Shown: piece after piece, positions 38,981-48,922 of the stretch
Layout: the number at the start of each line of letters is the position of its first letter
How positions within the stretch are numbered: the first letter of the stretch is position 1
Assembly (NCBI GenBank): GCA_963712115.1
Contig: CAVQGX010000031.1
Coordinates: forward strand, 1 to 64,000
From: an uncultured delta proteobacterium
GTDB taxonomy: Bacteria; Desulfobacterota; Syntrophobacteria; BM002
Direction of reading: 5' to 3'
DNA length: 64,000 bases
Notes under the pieces: generated by a model
Told to the model about the DNA's origin: nothing
Seen by the model: the letters and a program-made list of their open reading frames with translations, nothing else
Database searches by the model: none
Translations under genes and position numbers: made by a program

Positions 38981-40541
38981 TCTTTACTTGCTGTTCGGCC
39001 AATGATTTGAGGACAACCGGTATCTCCAGCAGCAGATCCGTTGCCAGCATACCCCGATCACCATACCGCCTGGCTAAGCGATCGGCCGCCTTACCATGGC
39101 AGTAGACACCCGCGCAGGCCGCGTCAAAGGGCGAAAGTCCCTGAGCCAAAAAGCCGGCGATCAAGCCGGTAAGTACGTCTCCTGTGCCGCCGCTGGCCAG
39201 ACCGGGATTGCCGCTGCTATTTATTGCCAGTCTACCTTTAGGGCCTCCAATTAAGGTTCTGGCTCCCTTGAGTACAAGAGTTACCCCATATTGCTCGCTA
39301 AAGGACTGCACCAGAGAAAGCCTTTCATTCTGAACTTCCTCAGCACTACGTTTCACCAGACGTCCCATCTCGCCCGGGTGAGGTGTCAAGATCACCGGTG
39401 CCCTTGCTTTCTTAAGTGCATCTAGACGATCTACCAGTGCATTAATCCCGTCGGCATCGATGACAATGGGGCACGGGCAGTGCTCCACTAGGTCCAGTAC
39501 CACCTCCACCGACTCTTTATCGACGGAGAGCCCTGGCCCTAGAGCCAGGGCTTGCTTGCCCTTGAGTAGTGCGTGCAACCGGGGCAAAGCTGCGGTACCA
39601 ACAGTCTGATCGGCCGTTTCGGCCAAGGGCTCAGTCATAACCTCTGTGAGCTTCATCTCCATTAAGCCGTGGAGGGAAGTGGGCACCGCAAGGGTCACCA
39701 AACCGGCGCCGGCTCGTGCCGCACCCAGTCCGGCCATGGCACCAGCTCCCGTTTTTCCTACTGAACCGCCCACAACCAGGACATGACCAAAGGAACCTTT
39801 GTGACTAGCAAGAGATCTGGACCGCAAAAGGGGAGCAAGATCGCTTGCTTCCAACCAGAGCCTTGGCGGCTCAGCAGCCTCCGTAACACTTCTCGGTAGA
39901 CCAATGTCAACCACCTCCAGATGACCCACGTAGTCACAGCCTGGGGTTACAAGTTGACCTACCTTGGGCAGGCCAAAGGTAGCAGTCACTGTGGCCTGTA
40001 TACAGGCTCCCAATGGAACACCGCTGGTGGCACTCAGCCCGGAGGGCAAATCCACCGCGAGCACCGGCCGCTCCAGCTGGTTAACCTGTTCTATGACTTC
40101 CCTGTAGAGTCCTCGCACAGGAGCATTTAGTCCGGTTCCGAGGATAGCATCCACCAAGAGGTCGGCTTTCGCCAATTTTCTCTTCAGCCCGGTAAGGGAT
40201 TTGTTGTCGGTGTACTCCTCCATTTGAACGCCGAGTTTCTCAGCAATCTCCAGATTTACCTTGGCGTCACCTCTGTAGCTCTTCCCCTTTTTTAGGAGGT
40301 ATACGGTGACAGCCACTCGTTGTTGCCAGAGATGACGAGCAATAACAAAGCCATCACCCCCGTTATTGCCTCCGCCGGCCAGCACCGCCACTTGTTTCCC
40401 CCCGAGATCGGGAAAGTAGCGCCACATGACCTCGGTGGCGCCGCGACCGGCATTCTCCATTAAAACAACACCAGGGATGCCTATGACTTCAATGGCGGTG
40501 CGATCCATTTCTGCCATTTCTTCAGCTGTCACCGCTCGCAT
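38970..40541 (-). CDS. nnr: Bifunctional NAD(P)H-hydrate epimerase/dehydratase
   Basis: LMENAG, GNNGGDG, DAILGTG, HKG..G, TPHPGE, GGTGDVL. Confidence 0.95.
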   Translation of the reverse strand: MRAVTAEEMAEMDRTAIEVIGIPGVVLMENAGRGATEVMWRYFPDLGGKQVAVLAGGGNNGGDGFVIARHLWQQRVAVTVYLLKKGKSYRGDAKVNLEIAEKLGVQMEEYTDNKSLTGLKRKLAKADLLVDAILGTGLNAPVRGLYREVIEQVNQLERPVLAVDLPSGLSATSGVPLGACIQATVTATFGLPKVGQLVTPGCDYVGHLEVVDIGLPRSVTEAAEPPRLWLEASDLAPLLRSRSLASHKGSFGHVLVVGGSVGKTGAGAMAGLGAARAGAGLVTLAVPTSLHGLMEMKLTEVMTEPLAETADQTVGTAALPRLHALLKGKQALALGPGLSVDKESVEVVLDLVEHCPCPIVIDADGINALVDRLDALKKARAPVILTPHPGEMGRLVKRSAEEVQNERLSLVQSFSEQYGVTLVLKGARTLIGGPKGRLAINSSGNPGLASGGTGDVLTGLIAGFLAQGLSPFDAACAGVYCHGKAADRLARRYGDRGMLATDLLLEIPVVLKSLAEQQVKKSV

Positions 40542-40546
40542 TCTCT

Positions 40547-40924
40547 CTATCCTTCAAGCAAGACTACCGCAAGAGCCGAGTCGCGTTCATCCGAGAGACT
40601 CAACCAGGTTCTCTTAGCTTCCATGGCCTTCAGCAATTTCTGGGCCTGATTGTGCAATTGCAGACCTGGTTTTCCAAGATGATCTTGCACAACTTCAATG
40701 TCACGCCAGCGTAGACCTTCTCGCATACCTAACCCCAAAGCCTTGGCGAAAGCCTCTTTGGCGGCGAAGCGAGACGCCAGGCATTGTGCCGGTCGGGCTC
40801 GTTGCCTACAGCGTTCGATCTCAGCTGAAGTAAAAATACGCTTAAGGAAACGAGAACCCCAGCGCTCTACCGCCTGCTCCATACGGTGTATATTGACTAT
40901 GTCAACACCGATGCCTTTAATCAT
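40547..40924 (-). CDS. acpS: Holo-ACP synthase
   Basis: GIGVDIV, RFAAKEAF.KALG, GKP, SLS. Confidence 0.95.
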   Translation of the reverse strand: MIKGIGVDIVNIHRMEQAVERWGSRFLKRIFTSAEIERCRQRARPAQCLASRFAAKEAFAKALGLGMREGLRWRDIEVVQDHLGKPGLQLHNQAQKLLKAMEAKRTWLSLSDERDSALAVVLLEG

Positions 40925-41664
40925 GGGCCAGTCCGCCGCCAACCAGCGCCCCAGTTGATCAATTCCACCATCTCGCGAACAGCTCGTTCAAAACCAACTA
41001 GCACTGCCCGAGCAACAATGGCGTGGCCGATGATGAACTCTTCGATTTCCGCAAGATCCACCAACCAACCAATGTTACTATGGTCCAATCTGTGACCCAC
41101 ATTTACTCCTAGTCCTACTTTATGGGCCAGTTTTACCGCGTTTTGAATCCGGTCAAATTCTTCCTGTCTATCAGTGAGGGTACGGGCTTCACAAAAAGAA
41201 CCTGCGTGCACTTCTATGTAATCCGCCTCTACCCACTGGGCCGCTTTTATTTGATCCAGGTCAGGGTTGATGACAAGGCTCACTGTGATGTCAGCGTCCT
41301 TAAAAAGTCTAACGTACTTCTTCAGATTTTCCCTGTTTAGCTGAACCTCAAGCCCGCCTTCAGTTGTGAGCTCTTCCCTTCTCTCAGCTACCAGGGTGAC
41401 CATGTCTGGTTTTACGCTCAAGGCAGTCTTGAGCATCTCTTGCGTTGCAGCCATCTCCAGGTTCAATTTGGTCTTCACCGTCTGTCTGAGAAGGTGCAGA
41501 TCACGATCCTGGGTATGCCGCCGATCTTCGCGCAAGTGCACCACAATTCCATGGGCTCCCGCGAGTTCAGCCAAGGCCGCGGCGGTTACCGGATCTGGTT
41601 CCGCCGTTCGGCGCGCTTGCCTCAATGTAGCCACATGATCCACCTTCACTGCCAACTTAGCCAC
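40921..41664 (-). CDS. pdxJ: Pyridoxine 5'-phosphate synthase (divergent active-site residues)
   Basis: DHVATLRQAR, HLREDRRH, NLEMA, TTEGGL; conserved pdxJ-acpS synteny. Confidence 0.9.
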   Translation of the reverse strand: MAKLAVKVDHVATLRQARRTAEPDPVTAAALAELAGAHGIVVHLREDRRHTQDRDLHLLRQTVKTKLNLEMAATQEMLKTALSVKPDMVTLVAERREELTTEGGLEVQLNRENLKKYVRLFKDADITVSLVINPDLDQIKAAQWVEADYIEVHAGSFCEARTLTDRQEEFDRIQNAVKLAHKVGLGVNVGHRLDHSNIGWLVDLAEIEEFIIGHAIVARAVLVGFERAVREMVELINWGAGWRRTGP

Positions 41665-41695
41665 GCCTATCACCTCCTACCCGTAGGTCAGTCGT

Positions 41696-41862
41696 TCCGC
41701 CTAAGGCGGATCCAATGCCTAAAGACGCATAGCGCATAGAGCATAGCGCAAAGAGTAAAATCCTGTAAATGGTAAATGGTAAATAGTTGCAGAATAGATC
41801 CGTTTATCGTTCACCTTTTACTGTTCACCAAACGCTATGCGCTTGGCGCTCTGCGCCTTGCT
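41696..41862. repeat. Nested local inverted heptamer element
   Basis: GCATAGC arm / GTAAATG arm ... CGTTYAY arm / GCTATGC arm; TCCGCCTAAGGCGGA hairpin. Confidence 0.75.
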
Positions 41863-41901
41863 GCGAACACAGTGAGCTGACAACGGAATATATGGACAGT
41901 G

Positions 41902-42336
41902 TTAGTCGAGTATCGCCAGGAGTTCTGAGCTTCGCTGCTCCATTTCACGGGCTGCACCCTCCCCTCCTTCGTGATCTAAACCCACTAAGTGTAAAATTCC
42001 ATGAACTAGAAGACGAGAGATCATATTGTCGAGGGAAATACCCGCCTCTTCGGCCTCCCGCTGGGCTGTAGGAAGGGAAATTATAACGTCACCGAGGAGC
42101 TCGGGAGAAATGTCACCAAACTCCCCCTCACGCATTGCAAAGGCAAGAACATTGGTGGAGCCTCGGCGGTTTCTGTACTTCTTGTTGAGCGAAGTCATCT
42201 GCTCATCATCCACCAAGACAATGCTCAGTTCACTCTCATAACATGCCAAGGCGCTTAAGATCTTCCTCGCCTTCGTCTTTATCTTCTCGAGCTCCGTTGC
42301 GATCTCGTTTTGTTGGTCGTTGACCTGGATCTCCAT
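41902..42336 (-). CDS. ybeY: rRNA maturation RNase YbeY
   Basis: LN..YR....TNVLAF, LGDVII, HGILHLVGLDH. Confidence 0.95.
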   Translation of the reverse strand: MEIQVNDQQNEIATELEKIKTKARKILSALACYESELSIVLVDDEQMTSLNKKYRNRRGSTNVLAFAMREGEFGDISPELLGDVIISLPTAQREAEEAGISLDNMISRLLVHGILHLVGLDHEGGEGAAREMEQRSSELLAILD

Positions 42337-44719
42337 TGGCGCGAGCTTTTCCTTCTGAACCCTTGGCGGCAGGCTCGGGGTATTCAATTCGCTGATGTGA
42401 TATTCCCATGAGAATCTGAATAAAACTCTTTGCGATTTCATGCAGATCTTTGAGTGTCAGCTCGCATTCGTCCAGCTGGCCATCGGAAAAAATCCTGTTG
42501 ACAATCTTCTGAACCAGTCCCTGAATCCTGGCAGCCGTTGGATCGGTAAGGGTGCGGGAGGCCGCCTCCACTGCATCTGCCAGTAGTACCAGGCCAGCCT
42601 CTTTGGTTTGCGGTTTTGGTCCGGGGTAGCGATAGTCCTGTTCTGAAACAGACGGCACATCCCCTCCTTTGCTGTTCTTGAGCTTTTCTTGCAGATCTAT
42701 TGCCTTTTGATAGAAAAAGGTGATGAGACTGGTGCCATGATGTTGTTGGATGATATCCTGAATTGCCTCACCTAGCCGATAATTCTTGGCCAGATCCACT
42801 CCATCTTTGACATGTGAAATGAGAATGAGACTGCTCATGGACGGAGCCAGTCGTTCGTGCTTGTTTTCTCCCCTCCCCTGATTCTCTACAAAATATAGGG
42901 GTTTCTTGATCTTGCCAACATCATGGTAGTAGGCAGCCACTCTGGCGAGGAGCGAATTTGCTCCAATATATTTCGCCGCCGCCTCTACCAAGTTGCCCAC
43001 CACGATACTGTGATGATAGGTACCAGGGACTTGCACCATGAGTTGTCTGAGCAAGGGCTGATCCATACTTGCCAGCTCCAGAAGCTTGACATCGGTGGTG
43101 TAGCCAAATCCTATTTCGGCTAGGGGACCCAAGCCAGTGGTTACCACACCGGCCAGGATTCCTCCAACAATGCCAAAAATCAAAGCAACCCCTGTCTGGG
43201 TGGTTAACAACTTTTGGTAGGCGAAAGTCATGAAAAGGATCACCACAGCATTGGTCAGACCGACAGTCAGTCCAGCCCTCAAGGGTGTGCTGCGATCCCT
43301 GCAGACTACTACACCCTGTACAGCTACAAGGGAGCCAATGAGGTAGTAGAACAACAGATCAATCTGACGGTCTAAAACCAAAGCGGCCAGCAAAGCAAGG
43401 AAGAAGGTGAATATGATGGCGATGGTGGGGCCGAAGAAGATTGTTACCAGCATTGCCCCGGCAGCCATGGGTAGCATATAGAAAATGGCCTCCTGGCTGA
43501 TAAAGGAAAAGCCACTGTGTATTGCATCAGCCACACCTACCGACAGCTTGGCGAGTACGAGCAAAATGGTGAGTAGTAGGGCGAGAAATAGCAGATCCTT
43601 GATCTTGGTGGGAAATTGTCGGACGTATTTTCCTGCCACGTGGACGACAAGCAAGAGGAGCAGCCCGCCCATGAGAGCAATGCCCAGCATGGTAAAGATG
43701 ACCCCGCGCTCAAATTTACCCTGGGCTTGCATTTGCAGCTTGAGCACCTGCTCCTGACCCAGCCTTTGGCCTTCTCGAACAATCATCTCCCCCTTTTTGA
43801 CCTGAAAAAAGACGGGTTTGACGGCTTCCACCGCCTTTTGTCTGCGCAGTTCGGTCTCATTGCGATTGAATGTCACGTTCGGGGGGAGCAATGCCTGGGC
43901 TAGATGTACGATGGCCGTGCGTACCTTCCTATTATCCTCTTCCAGTATGGCACCGGCTCTCAGTCGCATCTGCCGTCGAGCATCCTCGACACTCAAAAAC
44001 CTGAGGAGATCCATAACCCTGGATTCCTGGCCGCTTTGAACGCTTCTGAGCATTATTCCCTTCTGCATCTGACTGAGCAGAAAGGATTTATTGCCAACCA
44101 CACCGCCTGATAAAACACCGTCCACCAGTTCGATTATAGAGTTCTCAATGCGTAGATCGAATTTCTCGTTAACTAAAATGGCATAATCGGCATCGGAGAT
44201 GTTTATGCCGAGTTGAGCGTCGAAATCCTTCTTTTTCTCCAGGGCCAGCTCCTTGCCGGATTTATGGATACCGCTTAGACCTTTCCCGCTCGCCCCCTTC
44301 GCCGCCACACTTGATTCGGCTGGTTGCTGAAAGAGAGAACGCATGGGGGCAAAAACAGTCCCGAGTCTCTGACGCATATTTTCAACTGTTTCTTCGTCTA
44401 GATCATAGACGGCAAGAGACTCTCGTCCCGCCTCTTCTTTCTTTCGCTGGGTGGCTGCTTCGTCTGTCACCAAGAAGTCGTGGACTGCCTTAATACTATG
44501 ATCTACCACATCTCCCACCTGGAAGTTTACTGGCAGGACAATATAGTGAGGCGTAACTAAGACTCCCAATATTAAGCTGAAACCAACCAGAAGAAGCACC
44601 CTTTGCCACAGGGGCGAGAGAGCTCTGTCGGTTGGTTGAGCGCTATCACGGCGATCAAGACCAGCGGACCGTCTCTGGGAGTCACCGCTCTGCTGTCGCC
44701 TCTTTTTCAAAAACTCCAT
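42236..44719 (-). CDS. 7TM HD-domain phosphohydrolase (PgpH-like)
   Basis: Extracellular domain, 7 TM, PGTYHHS, HDVGK, QHHGT, Y.GPKP, LADAVEA; phoH-ybeY synteny. Confidence 0.92.
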   Translation of the reverse strand: MEFLKKRRQQSGDSQRRSAGLDRRDSAQPTDRALSPLWQRVLLLVGFSLILGVLVTPHYIVLPVNFQVGDVVDHSIKAVHDFLVTDEAATQRKKEEAGRESLAVYDLDEETVENMRQRLGTVFAPMRSLFQQPAESSVAAKGASGKGLSGIHKSGKELALEKKKDFDAQLGINISDADYAILVNEKFDLRIENSIIELVDGVLSGGVVGNKSFLLSQMQKGIMLRSVQSGQESRVMDLLRFLSVEDARRQMRLRAGAILEEDNRKVRTAIVHLAQALLPPNVTFNRNETELRRQKAVEAVKPVFFQVKKGEMIVREGQRLGQEQVLKLQMQAQGKFERGVIFTMLGIALMGGLLLLLVVHVAGKYVRQFPTKIKDLLFLALLLTILLVLAKLSVGVADAIHSGFSFISQEAIFYMLPMAAGAMLVTIFFGPTIAIIFTFFLALLAALVLDRQIDLLFYYLIGSLVAVQGVVVCRDRSTPLRAGLTVGLTNAVVILFMTFAYQKLLTTQTGVALIFGIVGGILAGVVTTGLGPLAEIGFGYTTDVKLLELASMDQPLLRQLMVQVPGTYHHSIVVGNLVEAAAKYIGANSLLARVAAYYHDVGKIKKPLYFVENQGRGENKHERLAPSMSSLILISHVKDGVDLAKNYRLGEAIQDIIQQHHGTSLITFFYQKAIDLQEKLKNSKGGDVPSVSEQDYRYPGPKPQTKEAGLVLLADAVEAASRTLTDPTAARIQGLVQKIVNRIFSDGQLDECELTLKDLHEIAKSFIQILMGISHQRIEYPEPAAKGSEGKARANGDPGQRPTKRDRNGAREDKDEGEEDLKRLGML

Positions 44720-44926
44720 AGTGTTCCTTGCCCCAGCGAGTCATAGTAGGATGTGATAACTCGAGGAAGAACGCTCAGGGCCTAACCATTTTTCGGCCGT
44801 GCCTGGGGCTAGTTTATTCCCTTCCCCGATCCTTTGCACCCCAAAGTGCTATTGTTTAGCAAGCAAATTGTGAGCCATTTCCACCTTTAGCACTGCAGAT
44901 ATTGACCAGTCTACTGCTCTAAGTAC

Positions 44927-45922
44927 TTAGTTTCGCTTCTTTTTGTCGGCCCGTTCGTAAGCTTTGATGATATCTTGAACAAGCCGATGGCGAATGACAT
45001 CCTTATCAGTAAAGTAAACGAATTTCAATCCTTGGATACCGCCAAGTATCTTCATGGTCTCGATGAGCCCTGAAGTTGTCCCATTTGGCAGATCAATCTG
45101 AGTGACATCTCCAGTGATTACCGCCTTGGAACTTATCCCCAGGCGGGTTAAAAACATTTTCATCTGTTCAGAAGTCGTATTTTGGGCTTCATCGAGAATG
45201 ACAAAACTATCGTTCAGGGTGCGGCCTCTCATAAAGGCCAAAGGAGCTACCTCAATGACACCTCGCTGTAGCAAAGCGGAAGTCTGATCAAAATCAATCA
45301 TATCATGGAGGGCATCATAGAGCGGACGCAGGTAAGGGTTTACCTTTTCCGCTAGATCTCCGGGAAGAAAGCCCAGTTTCTCACCTGCTTCAACAGCCGG
45401 ACGCACCAGGATAATACGGTTGATTTCACCACCGTTGAGGGCCGATATCGCAGTCGCCATGGCCAGATAGGTCTTCCCAGTACCCGCCGGGCCTATGCCA
45501 AATACGATGTCATAGCTCCGAATAGCCTCTATGTACTCTTTCTGAGCAAGAGACTTAGGGGTGATTATTCTTTTCTTGGAGGTGACATAGACAGCATCCA
45601 GGAAGATGTCTTTAAGACGAGCCTTGAATTTGCCGCTCAGAATTTGAATTGCATGGTTGACATCGCTCGGATAGAGTGGATACCCCTCGCTGAGCAAGCC
45701 GTAAAGCTCTTCCAACACCCTTTTCGCCAGATTTACATCTGACTCTTCCCCAAATAGGGTAATCTGGTCGCCACGGAGGCTGAGCTTTACCTGGAGGGCT
45801 TTTTCAATAAGCTTAAGGTTGCTGCTACGCTCGCCGCAAAGGTTTTGCAGCAGAGCGTTGTCGTCAAAGGTGAGTATAAGTCCTCCTGAGCCATTGGCCC
45901 TAGCATTTACAGTCATGGACAA
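44927..45922 (-). CDS. phoH: PhoH-family ATPase
   Basis: [38 protein letters not shown]. Confidence 0.95.
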   Translation of the reverse strand: MSMTVNARANGSGGLILTFDDNALLQNLCGERSSNLKLIEKALQVKLSLRGDQITLFGEESDVNLAKRVLEELYGLLSEGYPLYPSDVNHAIQILSGKFKARLKDIFLDAVYVTSKKRIITPKSLAQKEYIEAIRSYDIVFGIGPAGTGKTYLAMATAISALNGGEINRIILVRPAVEAGEKLGFLPGDLAEKVNPYLRPLYDALHDMIDFDQTSALLQRGVIEVAPLAFMRGRTLNDSFVILDEAQNTTSEQMKMFLTRLGISSKAVITGDVTQIDLPNGTTSGLIETMKILGGIQGLKFVYFTDKDVIRHRLVQDIIKAYERADKKKRN

Positions 45923-45926
45923 CTCT

Positions 45927-46358
45927 CTATTCCTTTTCCCCCATGACCTGAATAATCAGGCGTCTGCGGCGCGCCCGGTTGTCGAAATTGATTAGCACTA
46001 TCTGTTGCCAGGTACCAAGGCTCAACCGCCCTTCCACCACAGGAATATGTAAAGAGGGTCCCAAGAGAGCGGCACGGACATGAGAGTAACCGTTACCGTC
46101 ACCCCAGCGCTGATCATGGGCGTAGGGGATGTCGCGAGGGACTAATCGCTCAATGGCATCTGCAAGATCCTGGATGACGCCACTCTCATATTCAATAGTT
46201 GTAAGTGCTCCTGTTGAGCCAGGCACAAAAAGAATCACTGCTCCGCGTACAATTTCACTCTGGGCCAGATGCTGACCCACCAGTCCGGTTATGTCAATGA
46301 TATCAGTACCGACGTCGCTGCTTATCTCAACAGTTTCAGTAATCACAGCCACGAGCAT
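45927..46358 (-). CDS. YjbQ/UPF0047 family protein
   Basis: [11 protein letters not shown]....GDGNG.SH, LGTWQQ. Confidence 0.92.
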   Translation of the reverse strand: MLVAVITETVEISSDVGTDIIDITGLVGQHLAQSEIVRGAVILFVPGSTGALTTIEYESGVIQDLADAIERLVPRDIPYAHDQRWGDGNGYSHVRAALLGPSLHIPVVEGRLSLGTWQQIVLINFDNRARRRRLIIQVMGEKE

Positions 46359-46763
46359 TATCTCTCATTTAGCTTTAGTTCTCAACTCCGCTCAGCCATC
46401 GGGCCAAAGGCACAAGGCAATTCACTGTTCGTCTTTCCTCCTCGCGCTCCACGCCTTGTGCCGTGCGCCATATCGCCACTTGGAATGGCTTGGCCCTATC
46501 TATTGGATGTTCCATACATCTGAGCGCTGAATGTTGTTATTGTAAACCAGCTTGGATTTCTAACACAAACAGCAAGAGGCTGCAAGTCGAAGAGAGGGTC
46601 ATCACTCTCTTGATTTTCTCTTCATTTATCAACAAAAACCATTTATCCTTGACGACCAGGAGTGAATTTGGTACGTCCTACGCCAATTGAGACCCCTCAC
46701 TTTGAATGCAAAACTCCTCGTTTTTAATGCTGGGGATTCAGAGCCCGAGGAGTGGACGAATTA

Positions 46764-46958
46764 TGGAGTAATGGAGTAGTGGAGTACTGGAGGAATAGAA
46801 ATTCCAAATCACAAATCTCAAATAGCAAACAAATGACAATGACCAAAATCCGAAATTCCAAACTTGTTTTGGTCATTTAGTATTGGAATTTGAAATTTGT
46901 TTGTAATTTGGTGCTTGGAGTTTGGCATTTCATAGACTCCAACACTCCAATCCTCCAG
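46764..46958. repeat. Nested inverted repeat: octamer arms around a long A-rich/T-rich heptamer hairpin
   Basis: TGGAGTAn x3 ... ACTCCAA x2 outside; CAAATnn tract vs ATTTG tract inside. Confidence 0.8.
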
Positions 46959-47025
46959 TGGAATTCGTCCGATAAACGGTTGCCGCTCTCTAGCCAGACC
47001 CAGTGCACCTAGTTCACGAAAAGTT

Positions 47026-47586
47026 ATGAACATCCTCGATTTCATACTCTTAACAATATTAGCTATAGCCCTAATCCGTGGACTCATTCGCGGTATGATT
47101 CGGCAGGTCGCTTCCCTTTTGGGGCTCATTGCTGGCTTTGTTGTGGCTGGTCATCTTTACGTTGGACTAATCCCTCTGTTTAAAAGCCACTTTCCTTCAC
47201 TTCCCTACCTCGAGGTTTGTACTTACCTGGCTGTTTATATTGCTACCTGGTTGACCGTCGTGTTGCTGGGATATCTTTTTGTTAAGCTCAGTCGAGCCAT
47301 GCTCATGGCATGGGCGGACCGCCTTCTTGGCGGCATTCTGGGGTTTTTCAAAGGTCTGGTGACAGCAGTGATACTGGTTGCGGTGCTAACTCTGTTTCTT
47401 CCCAGCAAGTCTCGCATTCTGACAGATTCTCTCCTGTGCGTACATGTGCAAAGGGTCGGTTATTATTTTGTGCAATTGACCCCAAAGGAATTGCGGGACC
47501 GTTACAAAAAAAGACATGATACTCTCGTCCGTCGACTGGAAAAACAAAGGATCACAGAATCGATAGAGAAGAAAATTAAAAAGTGA
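47026..47586 (+). CDS. CvpA-family membrane protein
   Basis: MN.LD, G..RG, DRLLGG..G..KG. Confidence 0.9.
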   Translation: MNILDFILLTILAIALIRGLIRGMIRQVASLLGLIAGFVVAGHLYVGLIPLFKSHFPSLPYLEVCTYLAVYIATWLTVVLLGYLFVKLSRAMLMAWADRLLGGILGFFKGLVTAVILVAVLTLFLPSKSRILTDSLLCVHVQRVGYYFVQLTPKELRDRYKKRHDTLVRRLEKQRITESIEKKIKK

Positions 47587-47765
47587 CCACTCCCTGCCTC
47601 TCGGGAGCATATGGTGTGCAAACCTATTGCCTCTGTTAGATTTTTCATTCTTTGAAATCTCCCCCGAAAAAGTCAAATTTAATATGATCATCTTGGGCCA
47701 TATGATATTCTTTGTGCTCTTTGTGATTAAATCTTTTCATTCTCATTAATGTTCAAGGTGACATT

Positions 47766-48539
47766 ATGTCTGAAACAGGTAAAGAGTTCGAAGGGTTGAT
47801 GGATTTAATGGCTCGACTCCGGGCTGAGGATGGCTGCCCGTGGGATCGTGAACAGACGCCCGCCACTATTAAGCGCTACCTTCTTGAGGAAGTTTATGAA
47901 GTTGTAGATGCAGTGGATCGTCAAGCTTCAGATCAGGTTGCTGACGAACTCGGCGATCTAATTTTCATGGCGATTTTTCTAGCCCATCTCTATGGCGAAG
48001 AAGGGCAGTTCCAGATGGACCAGGTACTTCGCAGGGTCGGCGACAAAATGGTGCGTCGACATCCCCATGTGTTTGGGGATCGCAAGGTAGATTCCGCTAG
48101 CCAGGTCAAGCTCAACTGGGAGGAAATTAAACAGCAGGAAAAACCTCAAAAGCCCCTAAGTGCTAATTTCAAAGATATACCACGTACACTTCCCGCTCTC
48201 ATGCGGGCATACCGAATACTTTCCCGACTGGGCCGGATATTGAAACGTCCCCTTAGCCGGGACGTCATACTTTCTGAACTAAACCGATCTTTCTCGAGAC
48301 TGTTAGAGCAGGAGGGCGAAAACGATGGCTCTGCGGTCACGGCCGCCCTTGGCAGGCTTCTGCTCCTCCTCGTGGCCGTTACAATGCCTGTGGGTATTCG
48401 TGCAGAGGAAGCTCTTACAGGGGCCTTGGAAAAATTCTATCAGCAAATTGAGCAAGTAGAAGCCAATTTTGTCAATAAAGGAAAAGACTGGCCGGAACTT
48501 TCCAGGACAGAAGAGCTTAAGTTATGGGAAGGGGTATGA
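47766..48539 (+). CDS. mazG: MazG nucleoside triphosphate pyrophosphohydrolase
   Basis: LR...GCPWDREQT, EE.YE, ELGD, RRHPHVF, WEEIK. Confidence 0.92.
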   Translation: MSETGKEFEGLMDLMARLRAEDGCPWDREQTPATIKRYLLEEVYEVVDAVDRQASDQVADELGDLIFMAIFLAHLYGEEGQFQMDQVLRRVGDKMVRRHPHVFGDRKVDSASQVKLNWEEIKQQEKPQKPLSANFKDIPRTLPALMRAYRILSRLGRILKRPLSRDVILSELNRSFSRLLEQEGENDGSAVTAALGRLLLLLVAVTMPVGIRAEEALTGALEKFYQQIEQVEANFVNKGKDWPELSRTEELKLWEGV

Positions 48540-48552
48540 ATCTGAAGAAAAA

Positions 48553-48827
48553 CCCTTGGCCGTGCACCCCACTTCGGGCTCAGCCTTACCATGGACCGTC
48601 CGCGTTGCAGCTCTGATCAGAGGTAACCACGACACAAACCGCAATACTTACCGCTGCTTCCTCCCGGACCTGACGGGGTTCGTATCCGTTTGTTGCGCGG
48701 TGTCCAATCAGCAACAACCACAGACAGGCCCCGGTCTAACTGTAACTCTCTGCAGGGAATTCAATCCCGCATAAGCGGATTTCGGGTTACAGGGCACCGC
48801 TAACTCCCCATCTAGCACGACCAAGGG
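48553..48827 (-). ncRNA. ffs: Signal recognition particle RNA, large bacterial type with Alu domain
   Basis: Minus strand: GTGCTAGATGGGGAG..GCGGTGCCCTGT Alu start; TCAGGTCCGGGAGGAAGCAGC helix 8; complementary termini. Confidence 0.93.
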
Positions 48828-48922
48828 CCACATTCATTCTAGCTTGGCTGAAATGGGAATACTACCACAAACATCCCAAATCTCTTATCCCACAATTCTT
48901 TACCCCTCACCTTCTTCGCCGA

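Noticed and set aside
44730-44900. Possible c-di-AMP riboswitch upstream of the PgpH-like gene
   Set aside because: A GCCCCAG/CTGGGGC stem exists, but I could not find the conserved ydaO motifs
46703-46753. ACTCCTCG...CGAGGAGT hairpin as a tRNA or known ncRNA
   Set aside because: No cloverleaf, T-loop or other recognisable motif
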